Positions 18,728-28,001 of a stretch of 64,000 nt of DNA are shown here, one piece after another. This DNA is from a virus: positions 1 to 64,000 of the IMG/VR virus record IMGVR_UViG_3300045988_173726. One strand, 5' to 3'. The translations under genes and the position numbers were made by a program. The notes beneath the pieces were generated by a model that was not told the origin of the DNA, did no database searches, and worked only from the letters and a program-made list of their open reading frames with translations. How positions within the stretch are numbered: position 1 is the stretch's first letter; each line of letters opens with the position of its first letter.

Positions 18728-19231
18728 ATGTGGATTATTGCGGTAATACTTGTGATAGCCCTGCTTGTCGGTGGTTCAGCTTACGCCTATAAAGCCTACA
18801 TAGATAAGAGTGATAGAGAGCTTTTGGAGGAGAGTAGAGAGGGACACTGGCTTTGGTACGGACGAGAGGTCGGGATGCTTGGGCTAATGCCGCATTGTCG
18901 AGTGTTTATCCTAACGGGAGACCGTTTGCTTTTGCAGGAGGCGAGTCCGATTAGGACGAGTGAGACAGAGTATCGGTTGTTTAACGCGAGAGAGGTATCG
19001 GTTTCGATAGGGTTTATGCAATCGGTGATGTCGGTCGGGACGATACGGATTCGGTTTAGTCAGCAGGGGACGGTAAGTATGACGGTTTGCGGAGGAAGTA
19101 AGTCGCTTCTTCGCGTGAAGAATCTTATATCAGAGCAAGTTTCAAGGAATATCGAGAGATACCGTAGCGGAATAGGAGTAGTTTTTAATGATTCCGACTG
19201 TAGCAATCAGACAACTAGGGAGAACAGATAA
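18728..19231 (+). CDS. Small membrane-anchored protein, possibly with a bacterial PH-like domain
   Basis: N-terminal TM helix WIIAVILVIALLVGGSAYAY. The remainder (VFILTGDRLLLQE...) is only weakly suggestive of YdbT-type PH domains. Confidence 0.5.
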   Translation: MWIIAVILVIALLVGGSAYAYKAYIDKSDRELLEESREGHWLWYGREVGMLGLMPHCRVFILTGDRLLLQEASPIRTSETEYRLFNAREVSVSIGFMQSVMSVGTIRIRFSQQGTVSMTVCGGSKSLLRVKNLISEQVSRNIERYRSGIGVVFNDSDCSNQTTRENR

Positions 19232-19233
19232 TA

Positions 19234-19638
19234 ATGCTAAAGATATACGGGATTAGTGGAGATAATAGAGAAGATTACGCGCTTGCTTTGTCGGACGGCA
19301 CAAGTTTATTAGAGTCAAAGCTTTATGCGGCGCTGTCTAATGGGAGTGCAGAGGACTCGGACGGAACAGTGGGTCTTTTGTCGTATACGAAAGAGCTTTC
19401 TCTTAACGGGAGAAGTCCCGCGTTGTTTCGGGATTTAATATTAGATAGAGTGAGTGAGTATGTAGATTCTGAAAAGATGCCAGAGTTTTCGGTTAGTTTT
19501 CCGATAGACAGGGCTTTGTTTATGAGCGAGAGTAAGAATAAAGGAGTAATTGTCTTTACGGCGTATAGCTCTCGTCTTAGCGAGGTCGAGTTTATGGAGC
19601 TAATGGAGTCTGTGCTTAAGGGAGCGTTAGAGCAGTAA
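19234..19638 (+). CDS. Hypothetical protein
   Basis: 134-aa ORF, tightly packed after the previous gene. No recognisable motif. Confidence 0.55.
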   Translation: MLKIYGISGDNREDYALALSDGTSLLESKLYAALSNGSAEDSDGTVGLLSYTKELSLNGRSPALFRDLILDRVSEYVDSEKMPEFSVSFPIDRALFMSESKNKGVIVFTAYSSRLSEVEFMELMESVLKGALEQ

Positions 19639-19707
19639 ATTGCAAGATACCAGCCCATGAACCCTAGGCTGTTTGGTGCATAAATAAATTTACGGAGGAA
19701 TCTCACT

Positions 19708-20550
19708 ATGATGTATGTGGTTGCAGTAGTTAAGAATGATGCTGATGAGGCGGTCGCGTATCGTGTTCTTGACATTGAGAAGCGTGCTTGTAAGGCGGTG
19801 TCTAAGGAGGCGGTGATTCGTGCTTCGATGCAGAATCCGAAGGCGTTTATGAATGTGGCGGCAGAGGGCAAAGAGCTTGTCGGCACAAACGGTTCGCTTT
19901 CACGGTATGCTGTAGTGTCGATGAAGAACGAGCTTGTCAGTAAGAGTGCGCCTGTTGTGGTGCTTGCGCGTTTAGGTAACGAGGGCTTTGTGCTTTCGGA
20001 TTACGCGGGTAACATGACGAAGATTAAGAGTGACGAGGCAGTAGGTTACGCGACAAAGTTCGGCATTGCGAACGGTAAGATTGTGGAGCGTGACGGTAAG
20101 AAGCTGATTTCGGCAATTAGCGGCGAGTATCCGTTAATCGAGAAGAAGAAGGTCGAGACAGCGGCGAAGGCTAAGTTTATTGCGGTGAACGATGATGACT
20201 CGGTAGCAACGCTGGTGCAGAAGGTAAATGACTATATTGCGCATCCAGACGAGAAGCTTATCGGTAAGCTTGGAGACGAGAAGAGTGATTTGCTGTTTGC
20301 AAAGCTGATTGTGGATTTAGGCATACCTGCGGCGGCGAATGAGCCAGCAAAGGCGCTTCCGCTCTTAAAGGAGTTTTCAACGAAGTATTTTGAGCCGTTA
20401 AAGATGATTTGCAGTAAGGATAAGATTATCTATCACTCTAAGGGCTTAAAGGAGCTTTATAAGGACTTAAAGGGCGGTGCAACTGACTTGCTTGATAGAG
20501 CGATAAGGGAGCTTGCAGAGGAGCGAGTGGACATCAGAGAGACGCTTTGA
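19708..20550 (+). CDS. Protein made of two tandem copies of the recurrent N-module plus a helical tail
   Basis: RBS GGAGGAA. Module 1: MYVVAVVKNDADEAVAYRVLDIEKRACKAVSKEAVIRASMQNPKAFMNVAAEGKELVGTNGSLSRYAVV. Module 2: VVVLARLGNEGFVLSDYAGNMTKIKSDEAVGYATKFGIANGKIVERDGKKLISAISGEYPLI. It is followed by the strongest terminator in the window. Confidence 0.8.
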   Translation: MMYVVAVVKNDADEAVAYRVLDIEKRACKAVSKEAVIRASMQNPKAFMNVAAEGKELVGTNGSLSRYAVVSMKNELVSKSAPVVVLARLGNEGFVLSDYAGNMTKIKSDEAVGYATKFGIANGKIVERDGKKLISAISGEYPLIEKKKVETAAKAKFIAVNDDDSVATLVQKVNDYIAHPDEKLIGKLGDEKSDLLFAKLIVDLGIPAAANEPAKALPLLKEFSTKYFEPLKMICSKDKIIYHSKGLKELYKDLKGGATDLLDRAIRELAEERVDIRETL

Positions 20551-20566
20551 GGTTTGGGAGCGAAAA

Positions 20567-20593
20567 AGCGGGGGCAAAAGCCCCTGCTTTTTT
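20567..20593 (+). terminator. Rho-independent terminator
   Basis: AGCGGGGG(C) pairs with (G)CCCCTGCT around an AAAA loop, followed by a T-run to 20593. Confidence 0.85.
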
Positions 20594-20655
20594 CTAGTCA
20601 ATCTATAGGTTTATAGGGGGTGCTATAAAAGTAGCGGCGAGCAGTCAAGATAATA

Positions 20656-20684
20656 TAGTCAAATGGTTTTGGCTGTGTTATAAT
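20656..20684 (+). promoter_or_regulatory. Sigma-70-type promoter with extended -10
   Basis: TAGTCA (20656-20661), a 17-nt spacer, then TGtTATAAT (20676-20684), upstream of the 20782 operon. Confidence 0.45.
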
Positions 20685-20781
20685 AAATCCCAAAGGATTT
20701 CGGTAGTAAAAGATACCTGTTCTAAGGTATGAGTACACAGCGCTTCGGTTAAGTAGTTTATCATAAAGGAGTTTTCTGTTT

Positions 20782-21003
20782 ATGCGAAAGTTATTTGATG
20801 TTTACGGGCTTTATATAGCTGTGGGTTTAATTTGCGGAGTGCTTTCTGGGGCAATCATAGGAGCTTCTGTCAGTGAGCGGATTCGAGTAAAGGATAGTTC
20901 CTGTGTGGTAACAGAGAGCGGCGGTTGTGGATGCGGCTGTGGGGGCGGGAATGCTTGTCACTGCGGGAATGCAGAGAGCTGTGCAGTAAGTTCGGAGAAG
21001 TAA
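20782..21003 (+). CDS. Small membrane peptide with a Cys/Gly-rich tail
   Basis: 73 aa with RBS AAGGAG. TM helix LYIAVGLICGVLSGAIIGASV, then SSCVVTESGGCGCGCGGGNACHCGNAESC. Confidence 0.55.
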   Translation: MRKLFDVYGLYIAVGLICGVLSGAIIGASVSERIRVKDSSCVVTESGGCGCGCGGGNACHCGNAESCAVSSEK

Positions 21004-21015
21004 GGAGAATTATAG

Positions 21016-22074
21016 ATGGGAAATGAAGAGGTTACGCTGTCTCGGCAGTCGGTAAAGGGTATATACAGCGCAATGTCCGAGTCACTAAAGACTCTTGACA
21101 CGGTAGGTGTTACGGTAAGGACAGATAACGGAGAGTACACGGATAAAGATGTTTATGTCGAGGGAAGTGAGCGGTATACGCTTGCGGACTTTAGTAAAGA
21201 CTGCTTTGGAGTAACTTTTGAGCGTCTTGACATCAATATGGACAACGCGCATCAGTTTATTTTAGTAGGGGTCCCGGGAACAGGTAAGACTACCGTAGCG
21301 TTAGCGTATGTTAGAGCAAAGACTGGGTTTGTGCGGTCGAAGTATTACGAGCTTATCACATTCGGTAAAGACTGGGGTCGTTCGGACTTTACAGGCGGTA
21401 CGATAAATGTAGACGGAATCTGGCGTAAACAGCGTGGAATACTCATGAAGATGTGCGACAGAGCGTTAAGTGACAAGGAGCATAACTACTATCTAATCAT
21501 AGACGAGATAAACCGAGGCGACACAGCGGCGATTATGGCAGATGCGTTTACGGGTTTATCGCAGAGAGGTGTAGAGTATAGGACGCAGTTAGGGGATTAT
21601 ATACAACTTCCAGAGAACCTCTACATTATCGGCACGATGAATGCGTTTGATAAGAGTATTGCAGACCTAGACATGGCTATGAAGAACAGATTTCCGATTA
21701 TAGAGTTACAGCCAGTGTGGAATGACAAAGCTTTTGTAAGGTCTTTGCCGCGTATTATCGGGGCAGAGGAGTTTGGATGGTCGGATAATTGGCTAAGTAA
21801 GATACTAGATAGGATGTCTGGGGCGGTAGCGGAGTTAAATGAGGTGATAGTGTCGCAGGGAGACATAGGAAACGCCTCGGTAGTCGGAGTTCGTTCGATT
21901 TGCAAGAAGTTTAAGAGCCTAGCGCATTTCAGAGAGGCGTATAATAACGAGTTGTTGTATACGATTCGGGATAATGTCGAGTTTATCAAGGATGTGCCAG
22001 AGGTAGCGGAGCAGTTAGAGGAGTTTTCTAGGATTCTGACCGACATAGACAGGCGAATTGAGCGGGAGAGCTAA
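21016..22074 (+). CDS. mcrB: McrB-like AAA+ (AAA_5) GTPase subunit of a type IV restriction system
   Basis: Motifs: FILVGVPGTGKTT (Walker A), YYLIIDEINRGD (Walker B of the McrB/MoxR type), LYIIGTMNAFDKSIADLDMAMKNRFPIIEL. It has a short N-terminal region and sits next to a McrC-sized gene. Confidence 0.75.
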   Translation: MGNEEVTLSRQSVKGIYSAMSESLKTLDTVGVTVRTDNGEYTDKDVYVEGSERYTLADFSKDCFGVTFERLDINMDNAHQFILVGVPGTGKTTVALAYVRAKTGFVRSKYYELITFGKDWGRSDFTGGTINVDGIWRKQRGILMKMCDRALSDKEHNYYLIIDEINRGDTAAIMADAFTGLSQRGVEYRTQLGDYIQLPENLYIIGTMNAFDKSIADLDMAMKNRFPIIELQPVWNDKAFVRSLPRIIGAEEFGWSDNWLSKILDRMSGAVAELNEVIVSQGDIGNASVVGVRSICKKFKSLAHFREAYNNELLYTIRDNVEFIKDVPEVAEQLEEFSRILTDIDRRIERES

Positions 22075-22086
22075 AGGGGGTAGGTA

Positions 22087-23142
22087 GTGCCTAGAGGAAT
22101 AGACTTAAACAGCTATGTTTATCGGCTTATCTCGGTAGTCAACCGAATAGACCTGCCATATAGCAAGATAAATGACGGGGATATACATAATCTAACCGAC
22201 ATTTTAGCCTCGCTTTTGCTTATTGGGATGCAGGATGTGACGAAGTACGGGTTAAAGCGGGCATATGACATTGAGACAGTGACGGTGAATAAGGTTCGTG
22301 GGAAGATTTTGTTTGGGAAGTCGGTAAGCACGGGTGCTTTAGCGCGGGGGCAGTTAGTTTGCGAGGTAAATCAGCTTAGAGACGATAATGTGTTTAATCA
22401 GACGCTAAAGTATGCGATAACGCTTTTGCTTAGACCGAGTAAGCGGGACAGGGAGAGTTGTAGGCTTTCTAGCGTAAAGGCAGGAAAGCTATCGTATTAT
22501 CGGCAGAGCTTGCACGAGGTACGGGATAGCTCAAGGGTAAGCGGCAGAGAGTTTATTCTTCGGAAAGCGCCGTTTTACTATCAGTTTGCGCTTCGGGTAG
22601 CGTTTTTGATTATAGACCTGTATACGGGGTTTTCAAAAGACGGGAGAGCAAGGCTTTCGTCACTCGGAGAGTATGAGCGTTGTACGGTGGTGTTTGAGAA
22701 GTATATTAGATATATGCTAGGGTTACCTACAGGTGCAAAGCGGGCGCATTTAAGCTATGAGGACGAGGACGGGATAGAGTGCTTTTATCCCGACATGGTA
22801 TTGTATCGGCACGAAGAGAACAAGGCGATAGCGTTAGATGTGAGTTGGGTAGACAAGAGCCGCAGGGTAAACATACGGAGAGGGCATCAGTATAATACGC
22901 TACATTATGAGGAGCTTGTGAATCGGGAGTATCCAGACTACAAGGTAGCGAGAGCGATAGTGTTTGCGGACTTGTTTGGAGAGAGCGAGTATAGTGAGTA
23001 TAGCTCCGACCATAAGTATAACAGCCTAACGGGGACGCACGAGTTCTATCTGTACTTAAACAATCGTGACGAGACGATACAGAAAACGCTTGCTAGGATG
23101 ATAGACGGGCTATTCGATGACATGAATCGGCGCGGTTATTAA
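22087..23142 (+). CDS. McrC-like nuclease subunit
   Basis: 351 aa, immediately downstream of the McrB-like gene. It has a PD-(D/E)xK-like pattern FYPDMVLYRHEENKAIALDVSWVDK near the C-terminal third. Confidence 0.55.
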   Translation: MPRGIDLNSYVYRLISVVNRIDLPYSKINDGDIHNLTDILASLLLIGMQDVTKYGLKRAYDIETVTVNKVRGKILFGKSVSTGALARGQLVCEVNQLRDDNVFNQTLKYAITLLLRPSKRDRESCRLSSVKAGKLSYYRQSLHEVRDSSRVSGREFILRKAPFYYQFALRVAFLIIDLYTGFSKDGRARLSSLGEYERCTVVFEKYIRYMLGLPTGAKRAHLSYEDEDGIECFYPDMVLYRHEENKAIALDVSWVDKSRRVNIRRGHQYNTLHYEELVNREYPDYKVARAIVFADLFGESEYSEYSSDHKYNSLTGTHEFYLYLNNRDETIQKTLARMIDGLFDDMNRRGY

Positions 23143-23158
23143 GTATTAAGGGGGTTTT

Positions 23159-23683
23159 ATGGGCTTACTGGACGAGCATTTTTTAGGGATAGTCGGGCAG
23201 TATAGGGCAAGGCTTGAGAAGCTGATTGAGGAGTGTTTATCAAAGAGTAAAACAACGGCAGAGGCGTATGAGCGGATGACGAAAGGTTTAGAGGCTTCTG
23301 GCTTTCGTTATGAAGAGACGACAGGCGGTAGGATGGCACGGGATAAGCGGAAGTTCTTTAACGGGGAAATCTCATTTATGGTTTCGCTTGTCTCAATGAG
23401 CAAGAATTCCGAATACATCTCCTTAGACAAGCATATCAGTCTAAATCTAAGGGTAACGCAGGAGATGAAAGAGATGCGGAAAGCGATAGAGAAGTTTCCG
23501 TATCGGTTTGAGTTTATACGGCGCAATGATAACGGGGATTTAGTCTACTGGATGCCGATGTTTGACTGGTCTAAGGTACTGTCTGGGAATGTAGTATCAA
23601 AAGACGGTGTAAAGGGTCGAGACGGAAAGAAAGTAGATACATATACAAATCCCTCAATGAGACGGCGAGTAGAGAAGCATTAA
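23159..23683 (+). CDS. Hypothetical protein
   Basis: 174-aa ORF with RBS AAGGGGG. No recognisable motif. Confidence 0.55.
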   Translation: MGLLDEHFLGIVGQYRARLEKLIEECLSKSKTTAEAYERMTKGLEASGFRYEETTGGRMARDKRKFFNGEISFMVSLVSMSKNSEYISLDKHISLNLRVTQEMKEMRKAIEKFPYRFEFIRRNDNGDLVYWMPMFDWSKVLSGNVVSKDGVKGRDGKKVDTYTNPSMRRRVEKH

Positions 23684-23708
23684 TAGCTTAAGCTTATAGG
23701 GGGAGCAT

Positions 23709-24578
23709 ATGGGTAGAAACCTCATAGACATAATGTCTAAAGAGGACAGGGAGCGGTATGGCGATTTAATCATGCCCGTAGACACGGACATAAGCATAGA
23801 TAAAGTCATATTAAGTGACGAGAATAAGGCAAAGTTAGACGAGTTTCTTAAAGAGTATAAGTTTCGAGAGAAGCTAATGAAGTACAATCTGCGCCCGATG
23901 AACAGGCTTTTGTTTTACGGGGCTTCTGGAACAGGAAAGACTTTTCTAACGAAGGCTCTAAGCAACTATATGGGCATGTATATGCTTTATGTAGACATTG
24001 CGAAGAGTTTGTCGGAGGATACGGTAGCGGATAACATATCGAACATCTTTGCGGTAGCGGATAAGTATAAGAACTGCATTATTTTCTTTGACGAGTGCGA
24101 TAGTATTGCATGGAACAGAGACAGTAAGGACAATGAGAGCGGAACGAGGCGGCGAGCAACGAATAGTATCTTTCAGCAGTTAGACCAGATGAGTTTCGAC
24201 AATATTTTCGTTTCTTGCACTAATATGATACGGCGATTAGACCCTGCTTTTGAGCGGCGCTTTGATATGAAGTTTGAGTTTAGGAGACCAGACAAAGATA
24301 TAAAGGAAATCATTTATAAGTTTCTGTTTGACGACTTTCTATTAGATGAGGATGTTAGCGAGCGGGATTATCAAGCGGTGCAGAAGCGGTCTACGCTGTC
24401 ATATTACGAGTATCAGATAATCGTAGAGAGGAATATGAAGAAAGCTGTAATGGATGATAACTTTGCGATAAAGCTATCAGACATATTAAATGACATATCT
24501 ATCACGATAGGCAGTAAGCGGAGATTTGGTACGGATGTAGATGATGAGGCTACATTCAAGTCGGGAGGGGAGTTATGA
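23709..24578 (+). CDS. Classical-clade AAA+ ATPase
   Basis: Motifs: LLFYGASGTGKTFL (Walker A), CIIFFDECDS (Walker B), VSCTN (sensor 1), DPAFERRFD (Arg finger region). Confidence 0.8.
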   Translation: MGRNLIDIMSKEDRERYGDLIMPVDTDISIDKVILSDENKAKLDEFLKEYKFREKLMKYNLRPMNRLLFYGASGTGKTFLTKALSNYMGMYMLYVDIAKSLSEDTVADNISNIFAVADKYKNCIIFFDECDSIAWNRDSKDNESGTRRRATNSIFQQLDQMSFDNIFVSCTNMIRRLDPAFERRFDMKFEFRRPDKDIKEIIYKFLFDDFLLDEDVSERDYQAVQKRSTLSYYEYQIIVERNMKKAVMDDNFAIKLSDILNDISITIGSKRRFGTDVDDEATFKSGGEL

Positions 24579-25108
24579 TTACGATAGAGCAGTTTATTGA
24601 CACGCCGAGTAACTGGGCTAGGGCTAAGAGAAAGCCGTGTGTGGTAAAATTTTATATACCAACGCTAGGAACGGTAGTTTATAACAAGTTTGACGAGGCA
24701 TATTACAAGACTTCGGAGGATAAGGTCGGGATTTTGCTTGACTCTATGGGTGGCGAGCGGACGATAAGTGTGAAAGAGGTCTGTAAGGATTATCGGTTTA
24801 TTGACGGGTGCGTAATTTCTGCACCAGAGCTTTCGAGGATGACGGTAAACGGGAAGTTGTCACCGATAAACATTGTCCCAAAGGGAGAGATGGAGTTGTT
24901 TGGAGCGATTCGGATTCCCGTTCGTGAGTTTCGGGACATGCACTATGACGCGATAACAGGGGAGCGGTATTCGATAAATCATAGCGGGATTGAGCATGGC
25001 ATGGGGGATGTTGTGATGTGTAGGCTTAATCTTCGAGGTATGCCAGATTTAAGTGACCTGTGGGTTGTGAACGGGATGGTTTTTGACGCAGAGTATGCGC
25101 TTGTATAA
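24575..25108 (+). CDS. Hypothetical protein, translationally coupled to the AAA+ gene
   Basis: 177-aa ORF whose start overlaps the AAA+ stop (ATGA). No recognisable motif. Confidence 0.55.
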   Translation: MITIEQFIDTPSNWARAKRKPCVVKFYIPTLGTVVYNKFDEAYYKTSEDKVGILLDSMGGERTISVKEVCKDYRFIDGCVISAPELSRMTVNGKLSPINIVPKGEMELFGAIRIPVREFRDMHYDAITGERYSINHSGIEHGMGDVVMCRLNLRGMPDLSDLWVVNGMVFDAEYALV

Positions 25109-25147
25109 AGGGTAGAGAGATAGCGAAGAGCTAAGACAGGGGACAAG

Positions 25148-27988
25148 ATGAGAGTATTACTGGCTGTTAGGCGGGCAGTAGGCAAGGTAATGAAATTTAT
25201 TTTCGGGTTTATACGGGGAGTATTAACTCTGCTAACGATTGTGCTGATTCTTTGCGGGGTCGTGGGTTACGGAGCATATCTAAAGTTCGGAGGGCAGTTA
25301 AAGGACGCGAGAGAGGCAGTCTACGACAAGATGTCAAAGATGGACGAAAACACTTTCTCGATGCTTTCCGACACAGAGGTTTACGACAAGGATGGAAACA
25401 AGATAGGCACGATAAACGCGGGTCACTACGAGTATACGCCGATAACGGAGATAAGTTCGTATATCCAGAACGGGTATATTGCGGTAGAGGATAAGCGGTT
25501 TAAGAGTCACTTTGGAGTAGACATAAAGGGAACTGTGCGGGCGGCGGTATCGTTGGTTAAGCATCGGGGAGCGATTCATCAAGGCGGGTCAACGATAGCG
25601 CAACAGGTCGTAAAGAATACGATGCTCGGGCAGAAGCGGACATTCAGTAGAAAAATAGAGGAGATGCTGATTGCGCCGTATGTGGATGCTAGGTACGGTA
25701 AGGACAAGGTAATGGAGTTCTACTGTAACACGAATTTCTACGGGCATCGGTGTTACGGAGTCGGGTCAGCGAGTAAGTATTATTTTGGGAAATCGGCAAA
25801 GGATTTAAGTTTGTCGGAGGCGGCATTGCTTGTCCGAATCAGTAACAGTCCAAGTAAGTATGACCCTGTTAAGAATCCAGACAAGGCATTAGCGGGTAGG
25901 AATTTCGTTTTGCATGAGATGCTTGCGTCTGGGTTTATCACAGATGAGGAGTGTAATGCGGCGATAGCCGAGCCGTTAGCGGTAATACAGAACACAACGG
26001 AGTCAACGAACGAGAATTATCAGACTTCTTACGCGATACACTGTGCGGCGCTTGAGCTTATGAAGATGGATGGCTTTAAGTTTAAGTATACCTTTAATGA
26101 CAAGGCAGATTATGACAGCTATATGTCAGAATATACGAGCGTTTATTCCGACAAGTCCGAATCAATACGCGCGGGCGGGTATGTAATAAGCACTAGCCTA
26201 GACAGTGCAATGCAGGGTATCGTGCAGAATAGGCTAGACAGTAATCTTGCAAAGTTTAAGGATATAGACCAAGAGACAGGGAAGTATGAGTTGCAGGGAG
26301 CGGCGGTTGTAGTAAACAACGAGACAAATTATGTGGTAGCTATCGTAGGCGGCAGAGGAACAGACGACCAGTTTAACAGAGGCTATTTATCCTACAGACA
26401 GCCAGGTTCTACTATAAAGCCGTTGCTAGATTACGCGCCAGCGTTTGATACCGGAGAGTTCAGCCCGTCTACTTATGTAGACGACCACAAGTTTGAGGGT
26501 TCGCCCGATAATTCGGGTGGTCGGTATTACGGCAGGATAACGATTCGGGAGGCGTTAAATCGCTCATTAAACACAGTCGCATGGCAGTTGTTGCAGGCGG
26601 TCGGAGTCAATAAGGGATTGTCGTATCTCGGTAACATGCGGTTTATGGGAATCTCGTATATAGATAACGGGGTAATGGCGACTAGCATTGGCGGTTTTAC
26701 GAATGGACTACGGGTAGTAGACATGGCGAAAGGCTATTCAACGCTTGCAAACGGCGGTATTTACAGCGATAAGACCTGTATCACGGGGATTAAGTTTAAG
26801 GGAGAGGACATCTTCACGGATAACAGTAAGAGTGTACGGGTCTATCAAGCGGATTCAGCGTATATGGTGACGGATGTGCTAAAGGGGACATTGGATACGC
26901 CGTATGGCACAGGCTATGGACTGGGAATTGAGGGTCAGATAGCGGCAGGCAAGACGGGAACAACGAACAGCTCAAAAGATGCTTGGTTTTGTGGGTATAC
27001 AAAGTATTACACGACAGCGGTGTTTATGGGGTATGACAATCCAAAGCCGATGGAGGGTGTATATGGCGCAACTTATTCGGGCAAGATATGGCACGACATT
27101 ATGACAGACATTCATAACGGGCTTCCGATGGCAGATTTCGACCGTCCAGATACGATATACGAGGCAAGCTATGACGGAAACGGCAGAGAGGTAGCGGGAG
27201 ACACGGGGAATCGCGACTTGTTTAGTGCTACAGCGAAGGAGAGAGCGGCGGTAGCGCGTGACGAGGCAATAAGCCGTAAGCGTTATGAGGCGGTAAAGAC
27301 AGAGGTAGACGCATATGAGAGTTGGTTTATCAACAGTGCCGAGGATGCAGAGAGCGTAGAGAATCGGTATCGAGAGATTCTAGGTAAGATAAGCAGAATT
27401 TCTGACGAAGAGCTTAGAAATGAGCTACTTACCAGAGCGGCGAGACATAACGATGCACTAGTAGAGAAGTTACCAGAGTGGGCAGACACGGTAGCAGAGT
27501 ATGAAAAGACTAAAGCAGAGGAGCAGGAGAAAGCTAAGATAGCAGAGAGCGAAAAGGCAGAGGAGAGTCGGAAGAGTGCCGAGAAAGCGAGAGATATACG
27601 GGAGTTTAATCGGGCATTGGCGGTCTTAACGGGGATGCAGTATAAGGATGACAGCGCATACGGGAAGGCGGTCGCAGATATAGACAGCGGTCTTAAGCGT
27701 TTAACAGAGTATCCAGAGTATAACGACTTTGCAAAGCAGTATAGCGCGGCGATAGAGGCTTACGGGAAGCTCCCGACATATGCAGAGTGGCAGGAGGCAG
27801 AGAGAAAGAAAGCCGAGGCGAGCAGTATTGCAGAGAGTGAGCGTGAGAGCGTTGCAGAGAGCTTGTCAGCGAAAGCGAGAGAGGCTACGCGGGCTACAGT
27901 ATCTCCAAGTGAGACCTTAGCGCCGAGTAGTACGGACATAAGCAATGCGGCGGTTCACAGTAACAGTGGGCGGATTATCGTGAGATGA
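25148..27988 (+). CDS. Class A penicillin-binding protein (GT51 glycosyltransferase + transpeptidase) with a long charged C-terminal tail
   Basis: N-terminal TM anchor. GT51 motifs: AVEDKRF, GGSTIAQQVVKN, RKIEE. Transpeptidase motifs: PGSTIKP (SxxK), SLN (SxN), GKTGTT (KTG). The last ~280 aa are E/A/K-rich and look coiled-coil. Confidence 0.9.
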   Translation: MRVLLAVRRAVGKVMKFIFGFIRGVLTLLTIVLILCGVVGYGAYLKFGGQLKDAREAVYDKMSKMDENTFSMLSDTEVYDKDGNKIGTINAGHYEYTPITEISSYIQNGYIAVEDKRFKSHFGVDIKGTVRAAVSLVKHRGAIHQGGSTIAQQVVKNTMLGQKRTFSRKIEEMLIAPYVDARYGKDKVMEFYCNTNFYGHRCYGVGSASKYYFGKSAKDLSLSEAALLVRISNSPSKYDPVKNPDKALAGRNFVLHEMLASGFITDEECNAAIAEPLAVIQNTTESTNENYQTSYAIHCAALELMKMDGFKFKYTFNDKADYDSYMSEYTSVYSDKSESIRAGGYVISTSLDSAMQGIVQNRLDSNLAKFKDIDQETGKYELQGAAVVVNNETNYVVAIVGGRGTDDQFNRGYLSYRQPGSTIKPLLDYAPAFDTGEFSPSTYVDDHKFEGSPDNSGGRYYGRITIREALNRSLNTVAWQLLQAVGVNKGLSYLGNMRFMGISYIDNGVMATSIGGFTNGLRVVDMAKGYSTLANGGIYSDKTCITGIKFKGEDIFTDNSKSVRVYQADSAYMVTDVLKGTLDTPYGTGYGLGIEGQIAAGKTGTTNSSKDAWFCGYTKYYTTAVFMGYDNPKPMEGVYGATYSGKIWHDIMTDIHNGLPMADFDRPDTIYEASYDGNGREVAGDTGNRDLFSATAKERAAVARDEAISRKRYEAVKTEVDAYESWFINSAEDAESVENRYREILGKISRISDEELRNELLTRAARHNDALVEKLPEWADTVAEYEKTKAEEQEKAKIAESEKAEESRKSAEKARDIREFNRALAVLTGMQYKDDSAYGKAVADIDSGLKRLTEYPEYNDFAKQYSAAIEAYGKLPTYAEWQEAERKKAEASSIAESERESVAESLSAKAREATRATVSPSETLAPSSTDISNAAVHSNSGRIIVR

Positions 27989-28001
27989 GAAAGGAGCGGG
28001 C

